Made by a program: the position numbers and the translations under genes. Below, piece by piece: positions 39,992 to 48,508 of a stretch of DNA of 64,000 bases. Positions within the stretch are counted from its first letter, which is position 1, and each line of letters opens with the position of its first letter. Under the pieces are notes generated by a model. It was not told the DNA's origin. It searched no databases and was given only the letters and a program-made list of their open reading frames with translations. This DNA comes from Hyphomonadaceae bacterium. GTDB lineage: Bacteria > Pseudomonadota > Alphaproteobacteria > Caulobacterales > Aquidulcibacteraceae. The stretch is taken from contig JAXMCH010000003.1 in the NCBI GenBank assembly GCA_046349455.1, positions 21,140 through 85,139 on the forward strand. The letters run 5' to 3'.

Positions 39992-40858
39992 TCACTTTAG
40001 CGACGCCAGAAGCCGGTCGATAAAGCTCTTGGACTTCGCCTGCTGCGCTGCCGGCGGTTGTCGAATATCAAAACTTGGATCGCCACGCTCCGTCGAAGGA
40101 TAGTGGGTGCAGCCGAGCTTGGCTGCGTGTGCGAGCTTGTAGCTCGGCGTGACGGTGCCGGTGTTGCCGTCATATTCGAGATACGCCGCATCCAGCGGAG
40201 CCGCGTGCCAGGGACACAGCAACTGCACGACGAGACCAACGGCCGTGGAGGCCAGCACCCCGTTAGGCCAGACAACTTGCGGCAACCCGCCGGCCTCGCC
40301 GTAGCGGATACCCTCGCGCTCGAGATCCTTCTCAGTCACAACGCCAAGACACTTGAGACACGGCGTGCCGGGCGTCGAGAGCACTACTTGCCCCGAGATC
40401 AGGTGAGCGCCCGCCTCGCCGTGTACGTCCATGCCGACATCGACGTATGGAATCAGAAAGCGGCGGCAGAACGCTTCGAGTTCATCTTTTGCGCGGACCG
40501 AGTCGAGACAGCCGACGACGACATCGCAGCGCTTCAGCGCGTCGCCTTCCGTCTGCCAATAGGCCTGGCGAGCGTCGACCTGCGCCCACGGGCGCACGGC
40601 CTTGATCACGCGTTTGATGATGGCGATCTTCGGGCGCGTGCGCTCGACATCTCGCTGGGTCGCGCCGACAAAGCGGTTGAGGTTGCTTTCCTCAATTGTC
40701 TGCGGATCAATCACCAGATACGAGCCGATGCCGACGTGCGCGAACTGCTGCGCTACGTGCGAGCCGCCACCACACCCGCCCACGATCGCGACGCGCGCGG
40801 AGCGCAGCACGCGTTCGCTGTTCTCACCAAGGAAGCTCTGCCGCACGAAAGCGTTCAT
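39992..40858 (-). CDS. bilD: ThiF/E1-like ubiquitin-activating enzyme (Bil-type)
   Basis: RQSFLG, VGGCGGGS, IEESNLNR, GCLD, PCLKC and CTH zinc ligands; TGATG coupling to the JAB gene. Confidence 0.85.
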   Translation of the reverse strand: MNAFVRQSFLGENSERVLRSARVAIVGGCGGGSHVAQQFAHVGIGSYLVIDPQTIEESNLNRFVGATQRDVERTRPKIAIIKRVIKAVRPWAQVDARQAYWQTEGDALKRCDVVVGCLDSVRAKDELEAFCRRFLIPYVDVGMDVHGEAGAHLISGQVVLSTPGTPCLKCLGVVTEKDLEREGIRYGEAGGLPQVVWPNGVLASTAVGLVVQLLCPWHAAPLDAAYLEYDGNTGTVTPSYKLAHAAKLGCTHYPSTERGDPSFDIRQPPAAQQAKSKSFIDRLLASLK

Positions 40859-41364
40859 CAACCCGCTCCAAGCGTGGTCTGCTGCGCGCCGATATCGACG
40901 AACTGCGTAATGTAGTGGCCAACGTCTCCCGCGTTGCACCAGAACATCCCGGTTGCCGCGTCATCGCTCAGCACCAGCATCCCGTGCGGCATGCGCGACA
41001 CCACGTTGAAAAAGCCCGGCACAAACTCCCGGCCGCTCCGCAGATCGACGCCGCTGAAATCCGGACGACCCCGCCCGCCGTGCGTGTGGATATGAAACAG
41101 CGCGGAACGCGATCGATAGGCAAACTCAGCGGCTTTGCGCATGGCGTCGCTACCGATCTGCACACCGACGCTCGGGTCGGGTACGTAATCGGCGTCCTCG
41201 ACCGGCCGATAGTCGCGCGCCAATAGCAAGATGGTGTTGCGATCGAGCCAGGTTGCGCCGGCGGTCATGAAGCCGACGCGCTCACGCGCAAAAGCATGGC
41301 GGCGGCGAAGGTCCGCGCGGATGCCAGCGAGCATGCGGCTTGGGATTTTGAAGCGCAGATTCAT
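40858..41364 (-). CDS. bilC: JAB/MPN metallo-isopeptidase (Bil-type)
   Basis: ERVGF...HIHTH...PDFSGVD JAMM motif; ATGA overlap with the E2 gene. Confidence 0.85.
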   Translation of the reverse strand: MNLRFKIPSRMLAGIRADLRRRHAFARERVGFMTAGATWLDRNTILLLARDYRPVEDADYVPDPSVGVQIGSDAMRKAAEFAYRSRSALFHIHTHGGRGRPDFSGVDLRSGREFVPGFFNVVSRMPHGMLVLSDDAATGMFWCNAGDVGHYITQFVDIGAQQTTLGAG

Positions 41365-41702
41365 CGGAAAGCCCGCAGGTGATTGGTGAGCATCTCCGTC
41401 AACGGCGCATCGTTGGGGACGTCCTTCCAGGACCAGCTCTGCCAAGCCCGGCCCAACATGTTGAAGGTCTTGTTCCAGTTGAGCCCCGGCCGCTCGATTT
41501 GCTCCGATAGAAAGAGTCTGCTGGGATAACCGTCGCGCGCTTCGGGCCACAGAACTGCATCGCGGATCACGGGCTTCTTCGCGCCCGCGACCGCGATCGC
41601 AAGGTCAGGGAGGACGGCGACGCGTACGCCGCCCTCCGAGCCTTCCTCGGCCCTCTCGCAAATGCGCTTGAGCGCACGGATTTCGGCGGGCCAATCCCTC
41701 AC
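41361..41702 (-). CDS. bilB: prokaryotic E2-like conjugating protein (Bil-type)
   Basis: P..RDGYPSRLF, LNW, LGRAWQSWSW; lies between Ubl and JAB with a GTGA overlap. Confidence 0.75.
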   Translation of the reverse strand: MRDWPAEIRALKRICERAEEGSEGGVRVAVLPDLAIAVAGAKKPVIRDAVLWPEARDGYPSRLFLSEQIERPGLNWNKTFNMLGRAWQSWSWKDVPNDAPLTEMLTNHLRAFR

Positions 41703-42394
41703 GACGAGCTGCCCTTCGGCGGATGCGACAGGAAGTGCATCCCAGTTTTGACATGCACGGTGTCGTTGGGGCCGATCTCCTTAAACGGCGCATCGGGCGG
41801 AACGAGATCGAGAACGTGCCCGGGCGGCACGCCGAAGATCGAAGCCAGCTCGGCGCCCTTGTAGTCACGCGGCTCCAGCGTGAACTCCTTCTCGTCCGGG
41901 CCGTAGGTGACGATGATCAAGCGCTGGCGGCTGCGCAGGTGCTCAGTCCCGCGCGAGGCGAGGTCAACCGTTGCGCCAGCTTCCAACACCTCGTCCGGCG
42001 CATCCTTGCGCTCCAGCACCAGCAACTTGCCTTCGGCGACGCCGGCTACGTCGCGTAGTTCGATCTCGCTGATGGTGGATGCGCCCCATTCGTAACCCAC
42101 CTCATCGACGGTGAAGTTGAAACTACGGTCGGAGAGGAAGGCCCGGAACCGCTCCCGGCCATCCGCGCGGAGGTCGATACTTTCGTCCAGGCCAATCGTA
42201 CGCGACCCCGGACGGGTCAGCTCGATCAACACATGCTCGCTTGGTGGCGCGGAGCCAGCCAGGCGCAAAATGGCCCGACCATCAACAACGGGATCCTCGC
42301 TGAAGTACTTGGTTCCGTTGACGAAAAATGCGCACCGCTGCCGTTCCACTACAGCCGCGTCGGCATCGGCCAATTCGTCCATCTCTTTCGACAT
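41699..42394 (-). CDS. bilA: multi-ubiquitin protein with three Ubl repeats (ISG15-like)
   Basis: Three ~70-aa beta-grasp-like repeats (G.AILRLAG / EIELRDVAG / GAELASIFG...V.L); C-terminus HPPKG-SSS. Confidence 0.8.
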   Translation of the reverse strand: MSKEMDELADADAAVVERQRCAFFVNGTKYFSEDPVVDGRAILRLAGSAPPSEHVLIELTRPGSRTIGLDESIDLRADGRERFRAFLSDRSFNFTVDEVGYEWGASTISEIELRDVAGVAEGKLLVLERKDAPDEVLEAGATVDLASRGTEHLRSRQRLIIVTYGPDEKEFTLEPRDYKGAELASIFGVPPGHVLDLVPPDAPFKEIGPNDTVHVKTGMHFLSHPPKGSSS

Positions 42395-42421
42395 TGGTCT
42401 TACTTTCTGCTCTATAAGAAT

Positions 42422-42513
42422 GTTCTCATTACGGGAACTAATATAAGTCGTTCCGGGTCGCGCCTAAAAGGTTCGTAAGATAAGAACAAAGCCGATGATC
42501 CCAAAACTAGAAC
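42422..42513. promoter_or_regulatory. three GWTC-N9-GAAC palindromic boxes in the divergent bil/higB promoter region
   Basis: GTTC-TCATTACGG-GAAC at 42422, GTTC-GTAAGATAA-GAAC at 42471, GATC-CCAAAACTA-GAAC at 42497; TTGACA at 42520. Confidence 0.65.
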
Positions 42514-42549
42514 ATTGGCTTGACAGCAAGAATCGGAAAAGTTACGGTG

Positions 42550-42861
42550 ATGCGAGTGATATCGAGGCGTCGCTTGCGAGCGTTTTGGGAGCTTCCGGGA
42601 AGGAAGGATGCCCAGGGCCCGCTGAAAGCCTGGCTCGCGGAGGCCGGCGCTGCTCAGTGGCGGTCACCCAACGACATCAAGCAACACTATCCCCGCGCCA
42701 GCTTCGTCGGGGACAACCGCGTCGTGTTCGATATTGGCGGCAACAAATATCGACTCGTCGTGCACGTGAACTACGGGATCGGATTTGTGCTGATCAAATT
42801 CCTCGGCACGCACGCCGAATACGATCTCATCGACGCAGCAACCGTCGGGGGCGGAGGATAG
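42550..42861 (+). CDS. higB: HigB family toxin
   Basis: MRVISRR.LR.FW, W.SP.DIK, RVVFDIGGNKYRL, GTHAEYD. Confidence 0.92.
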   Translation: MRVISRRRLRAFWELPGRKDAQGPLKAWLAEAGAAQWRSPNDIKQHYPRASFVGDNRVVFDIGGNKYRLVVHVNYGIGFVLIKFLGTHAEYDLIDAATVGGGG

Positions 42862-42863
42862 AG

Positions 42864-44021
42864 ATGGCAGTGAAAGTAATCCGCGATGACATCGGTTACG
42901 CGGAGGCCATTAGACGATTGGAAGAACTGGCCGACGCCGACGTAGGTACTCCGGCGGGGGACGAGGCTGATGTGCTCTCCACGCTCATCGATCTTTATGA
43001 AAAGCAAAATGAAGCGATCGAGAAGCCTACGGCGCTTGAGGCGATTAAATTCCGTATGGAACAACTCGATCTCAAACCGCGTGATCTTGTTCCAGACATT
43101 GGCAGTCGTTCGCGTGTCTCCGAAGTGTTGTCCGGTCAGAGGCCGCTCACGATAGATATGATCCGATCTCTTCATGAGCGTTGGGGCATTCCACTCGCCT
43201 CACTCATCAACGTTGAGAACTTCGAACGCGTTGCGAAGCCTCAACCCGCAAAGGCAGTTCTGAAGCGGTTGGAATCGCTCGGCATGATGAAGATGTCGGA
43301 CGACTTCTACGATTTTCGGAGCAAGATCTGCGGCGACGCGTTCCAAGCGGCATATCGTCGACGTACGACTTCAACCGCAGACCCTGTCGCGCTTGACGCT
43401 TGGTGTGTCGCGGCCATTGCGCGATCATTCGAACGCTGTGACCGCTTTTCGTCTCTGTCTTTTTCCCGTCAGGGCGACGATTTTCTGCGAGAACTCGCAA
43501 AGTGCAGCGCGAGGTCGAACGGCGCGCTCGCCGCCCGAGACGTGCTTGCCGGGATCGGCATTTGTTTTGTCATCCTGCCTCATATGCCGGGCACCCATCT
43601 CGACGGCGCGGCGATGATTAGAAAAGACGGCGTGCCGGTTGTCGCACTCACGCTAAGGCATGATCGAATTGACAATTTTTGGTTCACCCTTCTGCACGAA
43701 TGCTCTCACATTCTCTTGGATCACGTGAGCAAGGACCAGGAAGCCATACTGGACGATTTGGAAATCGCTTCGTCCGATGACATCGAAACCGAAGCCGACC
43801 AACACGCACTCGATGCTTTAGTGCCGCCGAGGCTTTGGCAACAACTCGGTGCGAATGAGTACACGAGCACTACTGAAATTTTCGATGTAGCGCACGAGGC
43901 TGGTGTGCACCCGGCCATTGTCGCTGGAATGTGGCGAAAGGCTCAAAACAACTATCGCAAGTTCTCGGGCCTCCTGGGCCACGGTACTCTCAAGAAATTG
44001 TTCGAGAGCGAGATGGTCTAA
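42864..44021 (+). CDS. HigA-type HTH antitoxin fused to an ImmA/IrrE (M78) metallopeptidase
   Basis: LI..YE...P..LEAIKFRMEQ, GSRSRVSEVLSG.R.LT HTH; THLDGAA, LTLRHDRIDNFWFTLLHECSH, E.EAD. Confidence 0.88.
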   Translation: MAVKVIRDDIGYAEAIRRLEELADADVGTPAGDEADVLSTLIDLYEKQNEAIEKPTALEAIKFRMEQLDLKPRDLVPDIGSRSRVSEVLSGQRPLTIDMIRSLHERWGIPLASLINVENFERVAKPQPAKAVLKRLESLGMMKMSDDFYDFRSKICGDAFQAAYRRRTTSTADPVALDAWCVAAIARSFERCDRFSSLSFSRQGDDFLRELAKCSARSNGALAARDVLAGIGICFVILPHMPGTHLDGAAMIRKDGVPVVALTLRHDRIDNFWFTLLHECSHILLDHVSKDQEAILDDLEIASSDDIETEADQHALDALVPPRLWQQLGANEYTSTTEIFDVAHEAGVHPAIVAGMWRKAQNNYRKFSGLLGHGTLKKLFESEMV

Positions 44022-44113
44022 CGGCGGAAAAGTTCTCACTTCCCACGTTTGCTGGGGTCGACGATCGGGTATCAGTGCGACACATCTGCTTACCTCAATT
44101 GTTAGAGTGTTGA

Positions 44114-44653
44114 ATGCCGTACGACATCAATCAGCACAATCATCGGTTCGCTGCTTGGTCGGCCGCTCGCGCTGCGTCTGTCAAAGAGGCGCGCTTTGAC
44201 GTCAAGACTGGGCGACGCGCTCTGGAGGATGTCGGTCTCGAAGTCGCCCTGTGCGCTCCGCAACAACTGCCGCATCACACCGCGGTTGACGAATGGCATC
44301 GCGAGAAACGTGGCGCCGTGATCACCGCGTTTGCTCGCGTAGGTATCGGCTGCACTCACGGCGTCGCAGCAAAACTGATCAATGTGTACTTGAAGGCGCG
44401 GTTTGTCTGCGGCGGTCATGCGGCTCATCCGAGCGTGGATGCGCTACACCCTCCAATCGACGAACTTTTGCTGAACACAATGTTTGACCTCGATGTAGGC
44501 GGGCTACGCGAGACGACATGGAAGGCGGCGCGAAAAACGCGATGGTCCAAGCTCAATTCGGATGACTACGAGCAAGTGGTTCAAGGCATCAGAGCAAGTC
44601 TTCAGGGGCGGCCGATGTGGATGATCGAAGAGCACTGGCGTGGCCATCAATGA
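44114..44653 (+). CDS. hypothetical protein, possible HhH-GPD-like DNA glycosylase fold
   Basis: THGVAAKLINVYLK and LHPPID..LL motifs. Confidence 0.55.
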   Translation: MPYDINQHNHRFAAWSAARAASVKEARFDVKTGRRALEDVGLEVALCAPQQLPHHTAVDEWHREKRGAVITAFARVGIGCTHGVAAKLINVYLKARFVCGGHAAHPSVDALHPPIDELLLNTMFDLDVGGLRETTWKAARKTRWSKLNSDDYEQVVQGIRASLQGRPMWMIEEHWRGHQ

Positions 44654-44750
44654 GGCCGCGTGCCTTTGGCAGAAACTCAGTTCGCTCTCGGCAGGGCGAT
44701 GAAAGAAAGTTCTGGCCACTTGACATGAACCTCCGACTGGAGGCTCTCGC

Positions 44751-45821
44751 ATGGCACTACACAATCCCGCACTCTTGCCGTTGATCCCGGAGCGGCTGCT
44801 CCGGAAGCATCACGTGCACGAGCGCTACGACACCCGTTTCCGCGCGGCGGCTCGTCTTCTCCAGGCCCTCTGGCGCGAGCGCCAGAACCTGCCGGAAGGC
44901 CACTACACTAATGCTGCGGGACGTCGCCGTCGGCTCGGCAGCCGTCTCGCCACTGACGCCGCGAAGAACGGTGCGAATTTCCTCTCCCCGGAAATCTTCG
45001 GCCAGGCCCGTTGCGACCTAGCTTATCGCGAACCCGGCGCGCTCATGGATATCGAACGCATGCAAGCCAATCTGCTTTCGTCGATGCCGCTGTGTTTCAA
45101 TTTGTTCGCGCCGCTGAAGCAGGACAAAGCGCTCGCGCGCCGGGTCTTTGCGAGACTTGCGCCCGGTGTCGCGAAGCAGATCACGCACATTCAATTCGAA
45201 CACTCGCCTGGCCGCGGCGATCCAACATTCACAGGTGACGGCAGCGCGTTCGACGCTATCGCGACGGCGCGAGCGCCCGATGGCGGCAAGACCTTCATCG
45301 CCATCGAGACAAAATACTCGGAATCGCTCACCGAGCCAGAAGCGCGTCTGAGACCGCGATACGACGAACTCGCCCGCACGAGCGGCCTCTACACCGACCC
45401 CAACGACGAAGCCCTCCGCCGTAACCCGCTGCAGGGCTTCTGGCGCACGCACATGCTGGCTCAGTCGATGGTCGACGCTGGTCTCTACGATCGCGGCGTT
45501 TTCATGCTGATCGCGCCTCGCCAGAACCGCGACGTGCAGCGCGCGGCCGACGCATACTCAAAGCTGCTCACTGACGATCCCACTAAAGTCCGGTTCATCG
45601 TTGTTGACCTCGAAGAGGCGATCGACGCCATCCGCGCGTCCGGCGCGACTGAACTTGGGGACGCCCTTTACGAGCGCTATGTGAACTTCGAACCCGTGCA
45701 CCGCTTGGTCCGCGAGGCGTGCTTCGCCACCCCTCGGCGCAGACGGCCGCTGCGCACTGGCTCGCGCCTCGCTCCGCAACGGCAACCACGCCCACCGGCG
45801 ACTGCAGCGGTGCGACGCTAA
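44751..45821 (+). CDS. PD-(D/E)XK nuclease (PGN_0703-like putative restriction endonuclease)
   Basis: NLLSS.PLCFNLF, FEHSP, D.SAFD, IETKYSE, Q.WR.HML. Confidence 0.75.
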   Translation: MALHNPALLPLIPERLLRKHHVHERYDTRFRAAARLLQALWRERQNLPEGHYTNAAGRRRRLGSRLATDAAKNGANFLSPEIFGQARCDLAYREPGALMDIERMQANLLSSMPLCFNLFAPLKQDKALARRVFARLAPGVAKQITHIQFEHSPGRGDPTFTGDGSAFDAIATARAPDGGKTFIAIETKYSESLTEPEARLRPRYDELARTSGLYTDPNDEALRRNPLQGFWRTHMLAQSMVDAGLYDRGVFMLIAPRQNRDVQRAADAYSKLLTDDPTKVRFIVVDLEEAIDAIRASGATELGDALYERYVNFEPVHRLVREACFATPRRRRPLRTGSRLAPQRQPRPPATAAVRR

Positions 45822-46075
45822 ATGTCGAACGATTTCGGCAGATGCTTAAGCACTGCGGCAAAACCCTCTTTGGGATCGACACGGAGCGCCCGGCAGATCG
45901 CCACGAACTCGATCACATCCAGCCGCCGGTCGCCCAGTTCGGATTTGCTCACGTACTGCTGCGGCTTGCCGAGACGGTCGGCGAGTTCGACTTGCGTCAC
46001 GCCGGCGCGTTTCCGGAGCGCAACGAGCGCATCGAGGAAAGCTTCGTAGGCATCGGTGAAACGCGAGGTGGGCAT
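45818..46075 (-). CDS. small XRE family HTH regulator
   Basis: [35 protein letters not shown]. Confidence 0.88.
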   Translation of the reverse strand: MPTSRFTDAYEAFLDALVALRKRAGVTQVELADRLGKPQQYVSKSELGDRRLDVIEFVAICRALRVDPKEGFAAVLKHLPKSFDI

Positions 46076-46103
46076 GGGCCGGGGGCAAATCCGGCCTTCC
46101 ATC

Positions 46104-46137
46104 TACACATCGTCCTGATGTACACCGTTTCAGTGTA
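46104..46137. promoter_or_regulatory. paired palindromes, candidate XRE operators
   Basis: TACA-N11-TGTA at 46104-46122 and TACAC-N7-GTGTA at 46121-46137, between divergent genes. Confidence 0.5.
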
Positions 46138-46149
46138 ACGGGAGGAGGC

Positions 46150-46401
46150 ATGAGCAAGTGCCGCTACTGTGGGTCCACCGGCTACGGGGGCGTCTGCGTC
46201 AACAGCCCGCACAAGAAGCACGAACACGAGGGTGACGCCGGGCACTGCGAGTTTTGCGGCTCCTCCGGCTACGGAGCAGTCTGCGTCAACAGCCCCACCC
46301 AGCGCCACCGCCACGGGCCAGGCGCGAAGTGCCGGTGGTGCGGATTAACTGGCTATGGGGGCCTGTGCTCCCACAGCCCCTCGAAGAAGCACGAGCGCTA
46401 G
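46150..46401 (+). CDS. small protein of three CxxCG.xGYG.xC..SP...H repeats (putative zinc binder)
   Basis: Strong GGAGGAGG RBS and obvious triple repeat. Confidence 0.8.
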   Translation: MSKCRYCGSTGYGGVCVNSPHKKHEHEGDAGHCEFCGSSGYGAVCVNSPTQRHRHGPGAKCRWCGLTGYGGLCSHSPSKKHER

Positions 46402-47352
46402 GTGCACGGCACGGCACTGACGCCGGATGAAGCAGAGACCTTCCGCGCCACCTTCATCGACCGGGTGCGCGTTGAATACTTCTCGGACGACCAACCGGCG
46501 CAAACAACACTGTACATGCGTATTTTGGACCAGCTCAGCCGCGATGCCGTGGCCCGCGCATGTTCGGAAGCCCTCACCGATGGGCGCACGCTTGCAAGCA
46601 CGCTCAAGCGACTCAACCTCGATATCCTAGAGAAAGTGCAGTCGGCCGGCGACGAGTGGGGCGAAATGGGGGTGTGGCGACATAAGGCCCCCGACCAGGT
46701 GAAGACACACGACTGGAACGAGCATCGTATCCAATGGCTCAACGACGCATTGCTCCAGTACTACAGGCAGCCCGCGCGCAGCCTATTGTTGGACCGCGTG
46801 CTCGCAGACATGCTCATGGCGCTCAAGAGTTTCGAACTCGCCACCAACCCCGTGCTGACAGACCGGTCGGAAACCAGCAGGGCCGCCGTGTCCCACCCGT
46901 CGCTCGGCAAACTCTTGCTGAGCGTTCTCGCGCGATCACTGCTGACGGTGTCGGCGCTCGCGCTTCTCATCATCACGGCGAAGTGGGGCATCGAAGCGGG
47001 CCGTCTCGATCCTCAGTGGATCGCGCCGGTCGCGACGACTGCCGTCGTCTTCGGGGTCGTTGCGATGCCGTTGCTCATCGTCAGCCGGCTAGGCAAGTGG
47101 GGCGAGGCGCAACAGCGACGCGACGCAGCGCAGGTCTACGTCGCCGCCACGAACGCCTACGCCATGCTCGCGGACGACAGCGCAACGATCTCCATCGCCT
47201 CTCTTCAAGCGGCACTTGGTGAAGCAACGGCGAGAGGCGTGAGTTGGATTGGGGTCGACCTTGTCCTCAACGACCTGCGGCGGCGCGGCGTTCTTGAGCT
47301 ATCGGCGCTCGACCTAGCATCTCCTAATGAGGGATCGCGCCAGTCTAATTGA
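46402..47352 (+). CDS. hypothetical protein with two TM helices
   Basis: GTG abuts the upstream stop; hydrophobic segments LLLSVLARSLLTVSALALLIITA and IAPVATTAVVFGVVAMPLLIV. Confidence 0.6.
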   Translation: MHGTALTPDEAETFRATFIDRVRVEYFSDDQPAQTTLYMRILDQLSRDAVARACSEALTDGRTLASTLKRLNLDILEKVQSAGDEWGEMGVWRHKAPDQVKTHDWNEHRIQWLNDALLQYYRQPARSLLLDRVLADMLMALKSFELATNPVLTDRSETSRAAVSHPSLGKLLLSVLARSLLTVSALALLIITAKWGIEAGRLDPQWIAPVATTAVVFGVVAMPLLIVSRLGKWGEAQQRRDAAQVYVAATNAYAMLADDSATISIASLQAALGEATARGVSWIGVDLVLNDLRRRGVLELSALDLASPNEGSRQSN

Positions 47353-47504
47353 ACCGAGGCGATTTCATGCTCGGCGCTGCTGTTGCGGCGCGACCGGGCG
47401 ATCAGCACATCGATCACCAGGACACGGCGGCCGTCCATTGACCGGACCCCCGAGAAGCCTTCCGCAACGAACTCCGGCTCCTGTAGAATGAGGGGAGGAG
47501 GCGA

Positions 47505-48221
47505 ATGCGTATGACATCACTGGAGGATGACGAGGACTGGCCCCTGGAAGTTGATGGAGGTGAATCTGTTGACCCTTCAAAACTACGCGGTTTCCTCGGC
47601 TTCATTTACGACGGCGCCGCGGATGTCTTTCCAAATGACGTGGTTCCGCTCGCCAAAGTATATTTTGAGCATCTAGTTCGAAGCGGTTGCAAAGCAAAAT
47701 CCTTCCCAGCCGCCGCCGAAGCGGAGGAGATGCAACGCTTTCGAAAGGCGCTGTGCGACGGCCTCTTACCGGTGCTTTTGTTCACTGGCTCAAAAGCTGC
47801 TGGCGCGGTGCGGCGTGAGGTTTGGGCCGACGAGGAGCGTTTCCGTCGCGCCCTCCAAGGCTGGCACATGGTCGACGATAGCTCGATGCGAGCGATCTAC
47901 GTTTGTGAGCGCACAAGCGTTGATCAGTGGCTTGGGCAACCCCTCTGGAGCAGCGATGAGCGGTCAAATTCTCAGATTTCTCCGTACCTGAGGGTTATGC
48001 TCAATGTTGCCGCGAAACTCTCAATTACGCGCACCAACGCAGGAAAGAAGGGGGTCGTCGAAGCCGAGATTGAGAACGAATGGGCCGCGAGGTTTCCCAA
48101 GGAAAAGCCTCTTAGCGAGAGTCTGCGCTCCAAGATGGGCACGCTTGTCCGCTGGCCGGGGTCCTCTCTGGGCAAGGGCGATCCACATAATATCGCGCGC
48201 AAAAAGGAGCCGCCCTCGTAG
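47505..48221 (+). CDS. hypothetical protein upstream of the AlpA-like gene
   Basis: GGAGGAGG RBS; C-terminal SPYL.VML...KK...LS.SL..KM.TLVR.P segment. Confidence 0.65.
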   Translation: MRMTSLEDDEDWPLEVDGGESVDPSKLRGFLGFIYDGAADVFPNDVVPLAKVYFEHLVRSGCKAKSFPAAAEAEEMQRFRKALCDGLLPVLLFTGSKAAGAVRREVWADEERFRRALQGWHMVDDSSMRAIYVCERTSVDQWLGQPLWSSDERSNSQISPYLRVMLNVAAKLSITRTNAGKKGVVEAEIENEWAARFPKEKPLSESLRSKMGTLVRWPGSSLGKGDPHNIARKKEPPS

Positions 48222-48325
48222 GCGATGATGGGCTCCACCCTTATTGGGCCATGAGTAAAAGCCATTAGCGCATCGCCAATACCGACAGGAATGGCCATCT
48301 CGCGCCCTCCAAGGAGGTCACGAAC

Positions 48326-48508
48326 ATGGTCAAAGATTATGCGGTGTCGGAAAAACAGATGGCGCAGGAATTATGCTTCTCCGTCCGCACACTACAGCGA
48401 GCGCGCAATGAGCGGATTTTGACGCGATGGTTCAGAGTGCGCAAAGGCGTTCGCTATTGGCATGACGCGACGATTGCCGAACTTGGTCGCCGTAAGCGTG
48501 ACGTATGA
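48326..48508 (+). CDS. AlpA/excisionase-like winged HTH
   Basis: SEKQMAQEL.FSVRTLQR.R.....WFRV.K.VRY; AAGGAGG RBS. Confidence 0.75.
   Translation: MVKDYAVSEKQMAQELCFSVRTLQRARNERILTRWFRVRKGVRYWHDATIAELGRRKRDV

Noticed and set aside
39992-41364. CBASS/Pycsar ancillary genes or thiamine/molybdopterin ThiF
   Set aside because: There is no cyclase and no thi/moa gene; the multi-Ubl and separate E2 fit a Bil-type operon.
42395-42549. Alphaproteobacterial LexA box (GTTC-N7-GTTC)
   Set aside because: The half-sites are inverted with 9-bp spacing rather than direct repeats with 7-bp spacing.
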